Shown: positions 8,301-18,180, counted from the first letter of the stretch. The stretch is DNA of 64,000 nt from Bacteroidales bacterium (GCA_037442025.1 JBBIRB010000010.1:4002-68001), one strand, 5' to 3'. Translations and numbers: made by a program. The notes: generated from the sequence alone by a model not told the origin.

Positions 8301-8660
8301 ACTCTCGATGAATTGGAACAATTCAAGGTTCGTTTGCGCGACAGGTTCGGTCATCCTCCCATACAGGTGGTTCAGCTGCTTAGTGTTGTTGAATTGAGGT
8401 GGCTGGCCATTTCAATTGGTATTGAGAAGATTCTTCTGAAAAACCAGGGTTTTTTGGCTTACTTTATTACCAATCAGCAGTCGGCTTTCTACAAATCCGA
8501 TCTGTTTGCCTCAATTCTTGGTGCTATTCAGCAAGGTAAGGGCGTTTTCCAACTTCGCGAGGTGAAGGATAAGCTTACCCTTTCGGCAAAAAACGTTAAA
8601 TCCATCGACGATGGATTAAGGCTGCTGCAACAATTGCAACCAACCTCCGTTAAAGAGTAA
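5319..8660 (+). CDS. mfd: Transcription-repair coupling factor
   Basis: 1113-aa ORF. It has a CarD-like segment (GDYVVHIDHGIGQFGGL), superfamily-2 helicase motifs (GDVGFGKTE, LIVDEEQKFG, TATPIPRT, QMRGRVGRS) and a TRCF C-terminal domain. Confidence 0.95.
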   Translation: MSATHSLQDLIQFFSSHPLVCEVEQFIRSTKSFKVRVKGLSGSGLSVLAATVRSQLRVPFIFIANDKEEASYLYNDLNQLLGESNLCYFPSSFKRGINYAQLHPDALIQRTDTLNTLADKSDNPLIIVTYPEALGEKVLSGAQLNKCSMKLSVGERVSLGFVTEFLYEVGFERVDFVYEPGQFAFRGGIVDIFSFSSSFPYRVDFFGDEVESIRSFGIEDQLSRDSFNEITIISNTHGEGLKGNLVPITHSIPANSIVWVRDADLLQSRMNELFSQATNLNDASEKFVQGSVILDWLRDVAVVEVGIRQFFNTSKTFEFSTSPQIAFQKNFELLSQSIMEHTVNGYKTFILAQNQAQHSRLSHIFQSINPSVGYTPINHTIHEGFIDHTLKVCIYTDHQIFDRYHKFKVKHELTHRGAVTLKELVSLQHGDYVVHIDHGIGQFGGLVKTEVNGRIQEAVRLIYKDGDSLLVSIHNLHRISKYRGKDSEPPKSHKLGSGIWNRAKQSAKKKVKDIARELIALYAKRKAERGFAFSPDSYLQEELEASFIYEDTPDQVKATEAIKFDMQATMPMDRLVCGDVGFGKTELAVRAAFKAVADSKQVAILVPTTILALQHYHTFSDRLRGFPCSVGFISRMKTAKAQKETLDRLAEGKLDILIGTHALLGQGVKFKDLGLLIVDEEQKFGVAAKEKLKKMKLNVDTLTLTATPIPRTLQFSLMGARDLSVLNTPPPNRHPIITELHSFNHDIIREAIEFEVNRGGQVFFVHNRVQNIGEVQVLINRICPKVKTIVAHGQMEPTQLEKAMIDFIDGNFDVLISTTIIESGLDIPNANTIIINNAHMFGLSDLHQMRGRVGRSNRKAFCYLLAPPLDALTPEARRRLKAIEEFSELGSGFSIAMQDLDIRGAGNLLGGEQSGFIAEIGFEAYHRILDEAIQELKEEEFHDLFSQATTSSSSWKGNVSECHVETDMELLIPDSYVNSIPERMRLYREIDTIKTLDELEQFKVRLRDRFGHPPIQVVQLLSVVELRWLAISIGIEKILLKNQGFLAYFITNQQSAFYKSDLFASILGAIQQGKGVFQLREVKDKLTLSAKNVKSIDDGLRLLQQLQPTSVKE

Positions 8661-8676
8661 GTTAAATCCAAATACA

Positions 8677-9396
8677 TTGAATTTAATAGTCGATATTGGA
8701 AATACCCAAACCAAGGTTGCCGTTTTTAAAGGTACAACCCTGGAGCATTATGCACGAACAAACCAGCTTACCCAATCCGATTTGGATTCCCTTCTGAATA
8801 GTTTCACAATAAAAAGAGCCATCGTTTCGTGCGTTGGAAAAATGCCTTTTAATATTTCGGAATATTTACACCCGAAAATAAATATAATAGAGCTCAATTC
8901 GGGAACCCCTATACCCATTGCTAATAGCTACGAGTCGAAAAGTACCCTTGGTGCCGATAGGTTGGCTGCTGCGGTGGGTGCGTATAGCCTATTCCCTGGC
9001 CAAAATGTGCTTGCCATAGGTTGTGGAACAGCCATTACTTACGACTTTGTTACCCAAAAGGCCGAATACATAGGTGGAGCCATTTCACCGGGCATGTCAA
9101 TCCGATTCAGGGCTTTAAATAGTTATACAGCAAACCTACCTCTTATAGAATTTGATGAAAACTTCCCCATACTGGGCCAAACCACCCACCAGAGCGTTGT
9201 TTCTGGGGTTCAAAATGGAGTTGTATTTGAAATTGAAGGATTCATATCCGCATTGCAAAATAAATTTTCTGATTTCGAGGTGATTCTAACAGGCGGTGAT
9301 GCAAATTTTTTTGTAGGGAAATTAAAAAGTTCCATCTTTGTAAACCCAAATTTGGTGCTTATCGGATTAAATAGCATACTTAACTATAATGAATAG
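8677..9396 (+). CDS. coaX: Type III pantothenate kinase
   Basis: 239-aa ORF with a TTG start. The N-terminus NLIVDIGNTQTKVAVF, GADRLAAAVGA and ILTGGDA are typical of CoaX. Confidence 0.9.
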   Translation: MNLIVDIGNTQTKVAVFKGTTLEHYARTNQLTQSDLDSLLNSFTIKRAIVSCVGKMPFNISEYLHPKINIIELNSGTPIPIANSYESKSTLGADRLAAAVGAYSLFPGQNVLAIGCGTAITYDFVTQKAEYIGGAISPGMSIRFRALNSYTANLPLIEFDENFPILGQTTHQSVVSGVQNGVVFEIEGFISALQNKFSDFEVILTGGDANFFVGKLKSSIFVNPNLVLIGLNSILNYNE

Positions 9397-10663
9397 AATT
9401 TTAACACTTACCGCGCTCTTTTCACTGTTTCTTGCGCATTCGTCATTTTCTCAGGGCATTAACACTTACTCGCCATACTCACGTTATGGCCTGGGCGATT
9501 TAAGAGAAAGAGCAAATACTCAAAATAGAGCTATGGGTGGTATAGCCCAGGGGGTATATAACCCTTACGCAATTAATAACCTCAATCCGGCAACTTATGT
9601 TGCACAGGATTCAATGTCGTTCATACTCGATTTTGGATTGGAAGCATCTGGTACCTATTACAATTTGGGCAACCAGTCGTTGTATAACCCAACAGCCAAC
9701 TTTCACCACATTGCCGTTCAGTTTCCGCTTACAAAATGGTGGGGTGCAAGCTTGGGCATTCAACCCTATAGCGATTTGGGTTATAAACTTCGCTTTGTTG
9801 AAACCAACCCATACCTTTTGGCGCATATTGGCGCCATTAAGTATTATCACTACGGTCAGGGAGGTTTATCGCAAGCATATATAGGTAATGCATTCAAAAC
9901 CATAAAAAACTTATCAGTTGGATTCAACCTTTCATACTTTTTTGGTAGCCTCGATTACCATAGCGATGTGCTTTTTCCCTCAGGCTCTTCCTATAATAAT
10001 GTTTACAGAGTAAACAGCGTTTCAATTCGAAGTTTAGCTTATAGTTTTGGTGCCCAGTACAAACTCGATTTGGGTGCCGAAAAAGAACATAGGCTTATTT
10101 TTGGTTTTACGCTCGATAACGAAACCTCATTAGCCGCCGAAAGGGTTTTGCATGCATCTACTTATAGCGGAATGTACGATACCATTCAGTACGTTCATAC
10201 AAAAAATAAATCGATTGACATGCCCAGTAACTACTCGGGTGGGTTTACGTTCACCTACAAAAAAAGACTGACTGTTGGTGCCGACTATTCATATCAGGAT
10301 TGGACCAATGCAAGGTTTTTTGAAAATACTGATTCGCTAACTGCCAGCAGTACCTTCCGTGTTGGACTTGAGTATACCCCAAACCCCAACGACCTAAAAA
10401 GTTACCTGAATCGAATCAGCTATAGGGTTGGTTTGTACAAAAGCCAAACTTACCTGAAAATAGGCGGTGAGAATATTGTGGATAATGGCATAACTTTTGG
10501 AATAGGATTACCGCTCCGCAGAACCAACACGTCGTTTAATATTTCAGGAGGATTTGGAACTAGGGGCGTTAACAAAAACGGATTGATTAAAGAAAATTAC
10601 GGATTTGTGGGAATTGGAATAACATTTTACGATGTATGGTTTGTTAAAAGAAAGTATAACTAG
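9389..10663 (+). CDS. Outer-membrane beta-barrel protein, function unknown
   Basis: 424-aa ORF with signal peptide MNRILTLTALFSLFLAHSSFSQ. The sequence shows the alternating aromatic/Gly-rich pattern of beta strands. It overlaps coaX by 8 nt. Confidence 0.6.
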   Translation: MNRILTLTALFSLFLAHSSFSQGINTYSPYSRYGLGDLRERANTQNRAMGGIAQGVYNPYAINNLNPATYVAQDSMSFILDFGLEASGTYYNLGNQSLYNPTANFHHIAVQFPLTKWWGASLGIQPYSDLGYKLRFVETNPYLLAHIGAIKYYHYGQGGLSQAYIGNAFKTIKNLSVGFNLSYFFGSLDYHSDVLFPSGSSYNNVYRVNSVSIRSLAYSFGAQYKLDLGAEKEHRLIFGFTLDNETSLAAERVLHASTYSGMYDTIQYVHTKNKSIDMPSNYSGGFTFTYKKRLTVGADYSYQDWTNARFFENTDSLTASSTFRVGLEYTPNPNDLKSYLNRISYRVGLYKSQTYLKIGGENIVDNGITFGIGLPLRRTNTSFNISGGFGTRGVNKNGLIKENYGFVGIGITFYDVWFVKRKYN

Positions 10664-10693
10664 TAAAAAAATTTAAATCAAATTTATTAAGCA

Positions 10694-12028
10694 ATGAAAA
10701 CGATCTACAAACTCAGAATAGCACTGTACCTTTCTACTGCTATTTTCAGTTTTGAGGCTAGTGCCCAAGCCTATCTCTCGAACCCCAAGTATGGTCCCGA
10801 CGAGAAAACCCGTACCGAGTGCGCCACCAACCTTTCGCTATATCGCGAGCAATACAACCAGCGAAATTTTAACGATGCCAGAAAACCCTGGCAGCGGGTT
10901 TTGCAGGTTTGTCCAGCTGCTTCGCAAAATGCATACATTCATGGCATACAAATGCTAAAGTTCTGGATTGAGAACGAGAAGAACCCTACTCGTAAAAACC
11001 AACTCGAGGATTCGTTGATGATGGTTTACGATATGCGGATAGAGCATTTCAGTCAGAAAGGATTATTACTGGGGATGAAAGGAATGGACCTTTTTCAAAT
11101 TGATCCCGAAAGGTACGTGGAAGCCTATCGATACCTTGCCGAGTCGATAAATATTGAGAAAACCAACTCATCTACTTCGGCCATTTTCACCTACATGGTG
11201 CTCACCAAGGCCATGTACGATAATCGGAAAATTGAAGCTGATAAGGTAATTGAAACCTACTCGATGCTCTCAGATTACCTCGATGCCATGATTGCTGCCA
11301 AACCAGCCGACGATAAGTTGCCGCAGGCAAAAGATTCGGTAGACGAAATTTTTCGTGCTGCAGGCGTAGCCAATTGCGATAATTTGGTTCAAATTTTCGA
11401 GCCAAGAGTAAAGACGAACCCCAAGGATCTGGAGTTGGCAAAGAAGGTTCTATCGCTACTTACAGCAAGCAAATGCAATACCCTGCCTTTGTATCGAATG
11501 GTTGGAGCTACAGTGTTCGATTCTGAACCTGCTCCCCAGTTGGCCTACGAATTAGCTAGAATATTTTTAAATAACCGGGAGTTCAGAAATGCAGAAAGGT
11601 ATTATCAGGAGGCTATTAAACTTCAAGCCGACTCACTTCGCAAATCGATATACCTTTTTGAGTATGCTAACCTAACCTGGAGGGAGCTTAACAACCCCCA
11701 GCAAGCCCGATCTCTGGCGCTTCAAGCATTGAACTTCAATCCTGCTCTGGGACACGCATTTATGCTCATTGGTAACCTTTATGCATCGGAGAAGAACTGT
11801 GTCAAAGATGATTTTGAAAAGAGAACTGTATTTTGGGCTGCAGTTGATAAGTTCATTAGAGCCAAACAGGTTGATCCAAGTCTTGCAGCCGATTGCGACA
11901 AGTTAATTGAACTCTATTCAGGTTATTTCCCCGAGCAAAAAGACATTTTCTTTCAGGATTTAAACCCAGGGGCTTCATATACTGTTGGATGCTGGATTAA
12001 CGAAAAAACTACTATACGAGCACGCTAA
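10694..12028 (+). CDS. Secreted TPR-repeat protein
   Basis: 444-aa ORF with signal peptide MKTIYKLRIALYLSTAIFSFEASAQA and TPR-like helices (e.g. FRNAERYYQEAIKLQ, ALQALNFNPALGHAFMLIGNLY). Confidence 0.65.
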   Translation: MKTIYKLRIALYLSTAIFSFEASAQAYLSNPKYGPDEKTRTECATNLSLYREQYNQRNFNDARKPWQRVLQVCPAASQNAYIHGIQMLKFWIENEKNPTRKNQLEDSLMMVYDMRIEHFSQKGLLLGMKGMDLFQIDPERYVEAYRYLAESINIEKTNSSTSAIFTYMVLTKAMYDNRKIEADKVIETYSMLSDYLDAMIAAKPADDKLPQAKDSVDEIFRAAGVANCDNLVQIFEPRVKTNPKDLELAKKVLSLLTASKCNTLPLYRMVGATVFDSEPAPQLAYELARIFLNNREFRNAERYYQEAIKLQADSLRKSIYLFEYANLTWRELNNPQQARSLALQALNFNPALGHAFMLIGNLYASEKNCVKDDFEKRTVFWAAVDKFIRAKQVDPSLAADCDKLIELYSGYFPEQKDIFFQDLNPGASYTVGCWINEKTTIRAR

Positions 12029-12041
12029 TAAATTTTTTGAA

Positions 12042-12617
12042 TTGATTTATTTTCAATCAAAATACAACCGACTCTTATATTTCATAGTCCCTGCTTTAGC
12101 AGGGACTATGCTGCTTTTATCGTGTAAGTCCGACCTGGAAAGCATAAAAACCCTCGACGATACCGAAAGTACACCTGGTATGGTTGCGGTTAAAAGCGAG
12201 GTTATATACACTGAGAATGGTGTTCCGGTTGCAAAGGTTATAGCTCCAGTAACCAAGCATTTCCAATTTGCCAAGGAACCTTACACTGAGTTTCCCGAAG
12301 GAATTTCGGTTTATACTTTTACCGATGGCAAAGTTGTTGAATCGTACCTAACCGCTAAATACGCTCTGTATTACGACAAAAAGAAACTGTGGGATGTGCG
12401 TTACAACGTGGTAGCCATGAATCGTAAGGGTGAAATACTAAACACCGAGCAGTTGTATTGGGATGAACAAAAGAAACTAATTTATTCCGAAGCTTCGGTA
12501 AAAATAACTACAGCCGAAGGAGTTCTTTTTGGTGAAGGCTTCACAGCCGATGAGCAGCTGGAGGATATTGAAATTAAAAATTCGTCGGGTATTATTTATC
12601 TCAATGAGCAAAATTAA
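12042..12617 (+). CDS. lptC: LPS export periplasmic protein LptC-like lipoprotein
   Basis: OstA/LptC-like beta-jellyroll pattern (SEVIYTENGVPVAKVIAP...FPEGISVYTF...NTEQLYWDEQKKLIYSEASVKITTAEGVLFGEGF). I prefer the TTG at 12042 over the track start at 11985. It avoids overlap with the TPR gene and gives a lipoprotein signal ending LLLSC. The start remains uncertain. Confidence 0.7.
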   Translation: MIYFQSKYNRLLYFIVPALAGTMLLLSCKSDLESIKTLDDTESTPGMVAVKSEVIYTENGVPVAKVIAPVTKHFQFAKEPYTEFPEGISVYTFTDGKVVESYLTAKYALYYDKKKLWDVRYNVVAMNRKGEILNTEQLYWDEQKKLIYSEASVKITTAEGVLFGEGFTADEQLEDIEIKNSSGIIYLNEQN

Positions 12618-12652
12618 CTGTAAATTGCAAATTCATTGTAATAATTGATATT

Positions 12653-12826
12653 ATGAATGCATCGAAAATAATGGAGTATATTTGGCTTGTACTTGTGGTT
12701 GTATGTATGGTTTTAGGCGTTTTATCAACCATTGACAAGGGAATTGAAAATAGTTATCCTTTTTTTATTCTCTCAATACTCGCAATTGCCATGTTTTACC
12801 TTAGGCGAAAACGCAACCAGGCTTAA
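12653..12826 (+). CDS. Small two-TM membrane protein (57 aa; below the ORF-track cutoff)
   Basis: ATG at 12653, TAA at 12824-12826. The translation is MNASKIMEYIWLVLVVVCMVLGVLSTIDKGIENSYPFFILSILAIAMFYLRRKRNQA. It fills the gap between lptC and the CNNM-family gene. Confidence 0.4.
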   Translation: MNASKIMEYIWLVLVVVCMVLGVLSTIDKGIENSYPFFILSILAIAMFYLRRKRNQA

Positions 12827-12841
12827 GGCAATTAAAAGGTC

Positions 12842-14107
12842 ATGGACTCAGCAAGTACTTTTGTAATTCTAGTTTCAATTCTTTTCTCTGCTCTCTTTTC
12901 GGGCATGGAGATCGCTTTTATGTCGGCAAATAAATTGCGATTGGAGCTCGAAAGAAAGCGCGGAACTTTTAGTTCACACATTATAAGCATTTTTACATCT
13001 AACCCGGGCCAATACATTGCCACCATGTTGGTTGGTAATAATATCGCCCTGGTGGTTTATGGAATAACTACAGCAAGTATTCTCGAACCAATTATTTCGG
13101 GATATATTTCTAACGACATTGGCATTCTAGCAATTCAAACAGTTTTGTCAACTTCAGTAATTTTAATAACCGCCGAATTTTTACCCAAATCCATTTTCAG
13201 AATGCATCCCAATGCATTTCTGAATTTTTTTAGCATGCCCATGCTCCTTTTTTATGTTACTTTCTATCCTTTCAGCAAAGCAGGGTCGTGGGTTTCTGTA
13301 AAAATTATTCGACTATTTGTTAAGCACGAAGGTCAGTTATTCTCTAGAAAGCAATTTTTTGGCCGGGTCGATTTAGACGACCTGGTTGAAAGCGCTAGCA
13401 CCGCCAAAGAAGCCAACAATCAAGCGGGAAGTGAAATTCGGATATTTCAGAATGCGCTCGATTTCAATCAGGTAAGGGTTCGCGATTGTATGATCCCACG
13501 TACCGACATTGAAGCTATTGAGGTAAATAGTTCCATCCAAGAACTGCGTGAGCAGTTTATAGTTACTAACTATTCGAGGCTACCGGTATACCAGGGAAAT
13601 ATCGACAATGTAATTGGTTATGTAAACAGTAAAGATCTATTCCGTAAGCCCCAAAGTATTAAGTCGAAATTGATGCGGATTGAATTTGTCCCCGAAACCA
13701 TGCAGGCTCATAAACTGCTAACCCTTTTTATTAGGGAACATAGAAGCATGGCAATTGTAGTTGATGAGTTTGGAGGCACAGCAGGGCTTGTTACTATTGA
13801 GGATATTATTGAGGAAATTTTTGGGGAAATCGACGACGAGCACGATCAGTCGGAGTTTATAGAAAAGCATTTGGGTGGAGGTGAGTATATTTTTTCTGCC
13901 CGCCTTGAAGTTGACTACTTAAACGACAAGTATAATTTGACCATCCCACACTCGGAGGAATACGAAACGCTGGCAGGTTTTATACTTACAAACCACCAGA
14001 GCATTCCAACACCAAATACCGTTATACATATAAAAAACTTTAGGGTAAAGGTGATTAAAGTTGTGGGTAACCGAATTGAACTGATACACCTCAGTACTAC
14101 CAGCTAA
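12842..14107 (+). CDS. CNNM/DUF21-CBS-CorC_HlyC family membrane protein (GldE/hemolysin-like)
   Basis: 421-aa ORF with an N-terminal DUF21 TM region, a CBS pair (VRDCMIPRTDIEAIEV..., NYSRLPVYQGNIDNVIGYV) and a CorC_HlyC C-terminal domain (VVDEFGGTAGLVTIEDIIEEIFGEIDDEHD). Confidence 0.85.
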   Translation: MDSASTFVILVSILFSALFSGMEIAFMSANKLRLELERKRGTFSSHIISIFTSNPGQYIATMLVGNNIALVVYGITTASILEPIISGYISNDIGILAIQTVLSTSVILITAEFLPKSIFRMHPNAFLNFFSMPMLLFYVTFYPFSKAGSWVSVKIIRLFVKHEGQLFSRKQFFGRVDLDDLVESASTAKEANNQAGSEIRIFQNALDFNQVRVRDCMIPRTDIEAIEVNSSIQELREQFIVTNYSRLPVYQGNIDNVIGYVNSKDLFRKPQSIKSKLMRIEFVPETMQAHKLLTLFIREHRSMAIVVDEFGGTAGLVTIEDIIEEIFGEIDDEHDQSEFIEKHLGGGEYIFSARLEVDYLNDKYNLTIPHSEEYETLAGFILTNHQSIPTPNTVIHIKNFRVKVIKVVGNRIELIHLSTTS

Positions 14108-14226
14108 TCGTAAGATTGTTCAATTTATTTTCTAAAAAAAAATCGCATGGCACTTAGTGTCAATGGAAATTGCTATATTCGTAGCTTCAAAAAAAAAGAA
14201 AACCCAATATTAAAATTAATACGTAA

Positions 14227-16335
14227 ATGGCTACATTAGAAAGACTTAGGAATCGTTCCGGTATTTTAATAACGGTAGTTATTGGCTTAGCCCTTTTTGC
14301 TTTTATTCTGCAAGATTTCATTGGGGGTGGAGGGGCAAGCGATGGTTCCGACATTGAGATTGCCAAAATAGGTGGTAAATCCGTTTCATACCAGTTTTAT
14401 CAATCCAAAATGGATCACCTTATTAACCTCAATAAAGCACTAACCGGACAGGGTTCAGTAGATGAACAAACTGCTGAACAGATTAAGGAGGAGGTTTGGA
14501 CTGATATTGTTCGCGAACAGATACTTGGAAAAGGAATTGAAGATTTGGGAATCGTTATTTCGTCCGATGAACTGTTCGACATGGTACAGGGAGTTAACAT
14601 TCACCCTTTCATTCGCCAGCAATTTGGAAATAGGCAAACTGGAGAATTCGACAGAAACTTCATGATTCAGTTTCTGAAAAATAAAGATAACGACCCATCG
14701 GGATTGCAAAATTCATATTGGCTCTATATGGAAGACCTTATTCAGAAGGATCGTATTGGTGCCAAGTACAACAATTTGGTGAAGAAAGGAATGTTTGTTA
14801 CATCCCTTCAGGCTAAGCGTTCAGCTGCCGACAGAAGCCGCAAAGTAGATTTCGATTTTATTATGAAACGTTATACTACTATTGAGGATTCAACGATTGT
14901 TGTAACCGAAAAGGAACTAAAAGCATACTACGAGAAACTTAAAAATGAGTACGAGCAGAAAGCGTCGCGCGATATTGAGTACGTGCTTTTCCCAATAGAT
15001 CCTTCTACCGACGATTATCAGTTAGCAGAAAAGTGGATTAAAGAAATTGCTCCAGATTTTGCTGCTGCAACCGATGCTGGCCAATTTGCCAATTTGAACT
15101 CAGATATTCCGTTCAATTCAAAATACCTAAACCAATCGGAAATTTCAAACCCCGAATTGGCCAAATGGGCTTTCAATGCAAAGGTTGGCGAAATGTTTGG
15201 CCCCGCTTTCGATGGCGATTCGTATCTTCTATCTCGCATTACCGAAATTGTAACACTTTCAGATTCTGTTAAGGCGCGCCATATTCTTTTAGCAACTAAT
15301 GGGCAACCCGCCGACTCGAGCATTAAATTGAAGAACAAGGCAGATAGCATAATGAGGGTTTTGAAACGAGGCGAAAGTTTTGCCCGTTTGGCCAGCCGGT
15401 TTTCCGATGACCCCGGATCAGCCAGTAAAGGAGGCGATCTGGGTTGGTTTGGTGAGGGTATTATGGTGAAACCTTTCAACGATGCTTGCTTTAACGGCAA
15501 GAAGGGCGATATTACTTTAGTAGAAAGCCAATTCGGATTTCATATCATTGAAATTCTTGACAAAAGCAAGCCTTCGAAGAAAGTTCAACTTGCCAATTTA
15601 GAGCGTAAGGTTATTCCAAGTACCCGTACATATCAGCAAGTTTTTGCCCAAGCAAGTGAGTTTGCAGGCATGAATAATACTTTCGAAAAGTTTAACGAAG
15701 CATTGCAAGCAAACCGTAAGCTGGTTAAACGCTCTGCCCCAAACTTAAAACCTAGCGACCGAAAGATTGCCGGTTTAGAGAATCCGATTGAAATGATAAG
15801 GTGGGCATATAATGCTAAGAAACATCAGGTTTCTTCTGCCTTCGAAATTGGACAAAACTTTGTTGTGGCCGTTTTAACAGAGGTACGTGAGGATGGTTTT
15901 GCGCCTCTGGCCCAAATTGAGAATGATATTAAAGCCAAATTGATTCGCGATAAGAAAGCAGAAATGCTAATAGCCGAAATGAATGGCAAATTGGCTCCAG
16001 ATAAAAACCTTGAGGTTGTTGGACAGGAACTGGGAGTTACCGTTCAGAACGCTTCGAGGGTGTCGTTTGCTACCTTCTCATTACCTGCTGCAGGTTTCGA
16101 GCCTGTTGTTATTGCCAGTTCGCTGCAAGCCAAGGAAGGAAAATTGAGCGGCCCAATTAAAGGTAACTCGGGGGTGTTTGCGCTTATTGTTACATCAACC
16201 AACATTGAAGAGGTTGACGAAATTGGCGAGAAAAACCGAATAATTGGAGGCTACGTTTCGCGCGCCACCTACGAACCCTTTGAGGCACTTAAGAAAAGGG
16301 CCAAGATAGTTGACAAAAGGGCTAAATATTTTTAG
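14227..16335 (+). CDS. PpiD-like periplasmic chaperone / parvulin-type peptidyl-prolyl isomerase
   Basis: 702-aa ORF with an N-terminal anchor (ILITVVIGLALFAFIL) and a SurA-N-like region. The parvulin domain reads ARHILL...FARLASRFSDDPGSASKGGDLGWFGEGIMVKPFNDACF...SQFGFHIIEI. Confidence 0.85.
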   Translation: MATLERLRNRSGILITVVIGLALFAFILQDFIGGGGASDGSDIEIAKIGGKSVSYQFYQSKMDHLINLNKALTGQGSVDEQTAEQIKEEVWTDIVREQILGKGIEDLGIVISSDELFDMVQGVNIHPFIRQQFGNRQTGEFDRNFMIQFLKNKDNDPSGLQNSYWLYMEDLIQKDRIGAKYNNLVKKGMFVTSLQAKRSAADRSRKVDFDFIMKRYTTIEDSTIVVTEKELKAYYEKLKNEYEQKASRDIEYVLFPIDPSTDDYQLAEKWIKEIAPDFAAATDAGQFANLNSDIPFNSKYLNQSEISNPELAKWAFNAKVGEMFGPAFDGDSYLLSRITEIVTLSDSVKARHILLATNGQPADSSIKLKNKADSIMRVLKRGESFARLASRFSDDPGSASKGGDLGWFGEGIMVKPFNDACFNGKKGDITLVESQFGFHIIEILDKSKPSKKVQLANLERKVIPSTRTYQQVFAQASEFAGMNNTFEKFNEALQANRKLVKRSAPNLKPSDRKIAGLENPIEMIRWAYNAKKHQVSSAFEIGQNFVVAVLTEVREDGFAPLAQIENDIKAKLIRDKKAEMLIAEMNGKLAPDKNLEVVGQELGVTVQNASRVSFATFSLPAAGFEPVVIASSLQAKEGKLSGPIKGNSGVFALIVTSTNIEEVDEIGEKNRIIGGYVSRATYEPFEALKKRAKIVDKRAKYF

Positions 16336-16358
16336 CATAACAGATTGACATAATTCAA

Positions 16359-16387
16359 AGAGGGGCTCAAAAGCCCCTCTTTTTTTT
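16359..16387 (+). terminator. Rho-independent terminator after the ppiD-like gene
   Basis: agaggggct-caaa-agcccctct followed by ttttttt. Confidence 0.8.
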
Positions 16388-16531
16388 AAAGATTTAACCA
16401 ATAATTTGATTCGTTTTTAATGGGTTAAAAATACAATATCCCAAAATTTGATTTTACATTTAAACCCATTAATTTTATAGGTTTAGCATATTAAACTGAT
16501 TATAACTGTAAATATATAAATCAGGATAGCC

Positions 16532-18175
16532 ATGAAAGTCCTACGCTTAATAACGGTTGCCCTTGCGAGTTTTATACTTGCATCGTGCTACGACTTCTCG
16601 ATGTATGAGGAGTTAAAGGTTGAGCCAGTAACCCAAACCTGGGTTTTCCCTGTGCTTAAATCGACAATTACCTTTAAAGAACTGGTTGAGCGAAGCGAAG
16701 CCAATACACTGGTCGATGTGATACCCGGCACAACCCTTTTTTACATGTCGTTTCGCGACACCATTGACTTTGTTCAGGCATCGAGCATGTACTCCATGTC
16801 GCCAGCAACTTTTAATCAATCCATTGGCGTTCCTGGTGGGTTACCACCTGTATTTCCTGCCGGAGCCCAAGTTGCACATTCGCAAACATTCAGCCAGAGT
16901 TTCGAGGCAATTCCAGGGGTAGAGCTCAAACGCATCGATTTTGCAACTGGTACGGTTCGGATTAGGATTCAAAATAATTTTCAGCACACCATTTCTGGCC
17001 AGTTGACTGTTAACTCCCTTGAGAACGCAAGTGGGAATCCCCTAATTATCCCTTTTAACCTGACGGGCGGCAGTTCCATTACCGATAATTACTTCTTAAA
17101 CGATCTGTTCCTCAATCTTTATGTGCCAATCAGTACCTACAACTCTTTCCGTTTTGGGGCAGGTTTTACGGTTACTTCTTCGGGAAATCCTATCACATCG
17201 GGGGATGTTGGAATTCAAATTGAGTTTATAAATCCCGATTTCGAATTGTTCTCTGGTAAACTGAATGCAACGGTCAATACTGGTTTGCAAAATTATGTGA
17301 TTGCAGTATTTAACTCAACCCTTTTAGCCACACAGCATTTTGCCGAGCCATCTATTACATACAATATCCGGAATAGTTTTGGGGTGCCAGTTTCCTTTGC
17401 ATTCAGCCAATTTGAGGTGAAAAATAATGCTGGAACTACAATGCCATTGGTAAACGAGGGCTCCCTATCGGCTAGCGATTTAAATTTGTCGGGACCAAAT
17501 ATTCTTAATTATATAGGACAGGTAACGCAACCCTATGCCAATACCCCGTTTCTATTGAACCGATTGAACTCTAATATTGAGAACATTTTCGATATAGCAC
17601 CCAACCGCATGGCATATCAGTGTGCTATTACTCTGGGGGATAATACCAACAATCACGATTACTTCGTTCGGAAGAATAGTAATATAACTTTCTTTTCCGA
17701 TATCACATTACCGCTTAATGGTTGGGCTACAACCCACTTGCTTTCGGATACCTTAGATAATATTGAGTTACCCAGCATCGATTCTTTGGGTTATATCGAT
17801 TCAATAGAATATAAGGTAACGCTAAAGTTCAAGTTTCAGAACGAGTTGCCCATGAATATGGAGTTTCAGGTGAATTTTCTCGATGAAACAAACCAGCTAG
17901 TAGAGGCCCTATTCCCCGACGGTGAGCAGCAAATGGTACAGGCAGCTCCAGTTGGAACCAACGGAGAGAGTAACGGAAGCAATTCGAAATATACGCTGGT
18001 TGTGCTCGATAGGGAAAGGTACAACCGCATACGCCAATCGAAACGTATGATTCTGTATTATCGAATGAGCACCGGAGGCACTTCGCAGCAATCCGTGAAG
18101 GTTCTTTCTACCAACAAGGTAACTGTGCAGGTGAGTGCCATTGTAAAAGCCACTATTAATCCTCAAAATTTATAG
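16532..18175 (+). CDS. Lipoprotein, function unknown
   Basis: 547-aa ORF with lipoprotein signal MKVLRLITVALASFILASC. I recognise no catalytic motifs. Confidence 0.55.
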   Translation: MKVLRLITVALASFILASCYDFSMYEELKVEPVTQTWVFPVLKSTITFKELVERSEANTLVDVIPGTTLFYMSFRDTIDFVQASSMYSMSPATFNQSIGVPGGLPPVFPAGAQVAHSQTFSQSFEAIPGVELKRIDFATGTVRIRIQNNFQHTISGQLTVNSLENASGNPLIIPFNLTGGSSITDNYFLNDLFLNLYVPISTYNSFRFGAGFTVTSSGNPITSGDVGIQIEFINPDFELFSGKLNATVNTGLQNYVIAVFNSTLLATQHFAEPSITYNIRNSFGVPVSFAFSQFEVKNNAGTTMPLVNEGSLSASDLNLSGPNILNYIGQVTQPYANTPFLLNRLNSNIENIFDIAPNRMAYQCAITLGDNTNNHDYFVRKNSNITFFSDITLPLNGWATTHLLSDTLDNIELPSIDSLGYIDSIEYKVTLKFKFQNELPMNMEFQVNFLDETNQLVEALFPDGEQQMVQAAPVGTNGESNGSNSKYTLVVLDRERYNRIRQSKRMILYYRMSTGGTSQQSVKVLSTNKVTVQVSAIVKATINPQNL

Positions 18176-18180
18176 TAGCC

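Noticed and set aside
11985-12041. Track start of the lptC-like ORF overlapping the TPR gene by 44 nt
   Set aside because: The TTG at 12042 removes the overlap and yields a plausible lipoprotein signal ending LLLSC. The choice of start remains uncertain.
14148-14174. TGGCAC followed by TTGCT upstream of the ppiD-like gene, considered as a possible sigma-54 promoter
   Set aside because: The GG and GC dinucleotides are 23 nt apart instead of the required 12, so the spacing is incompatible with a -24/-12 promoter.
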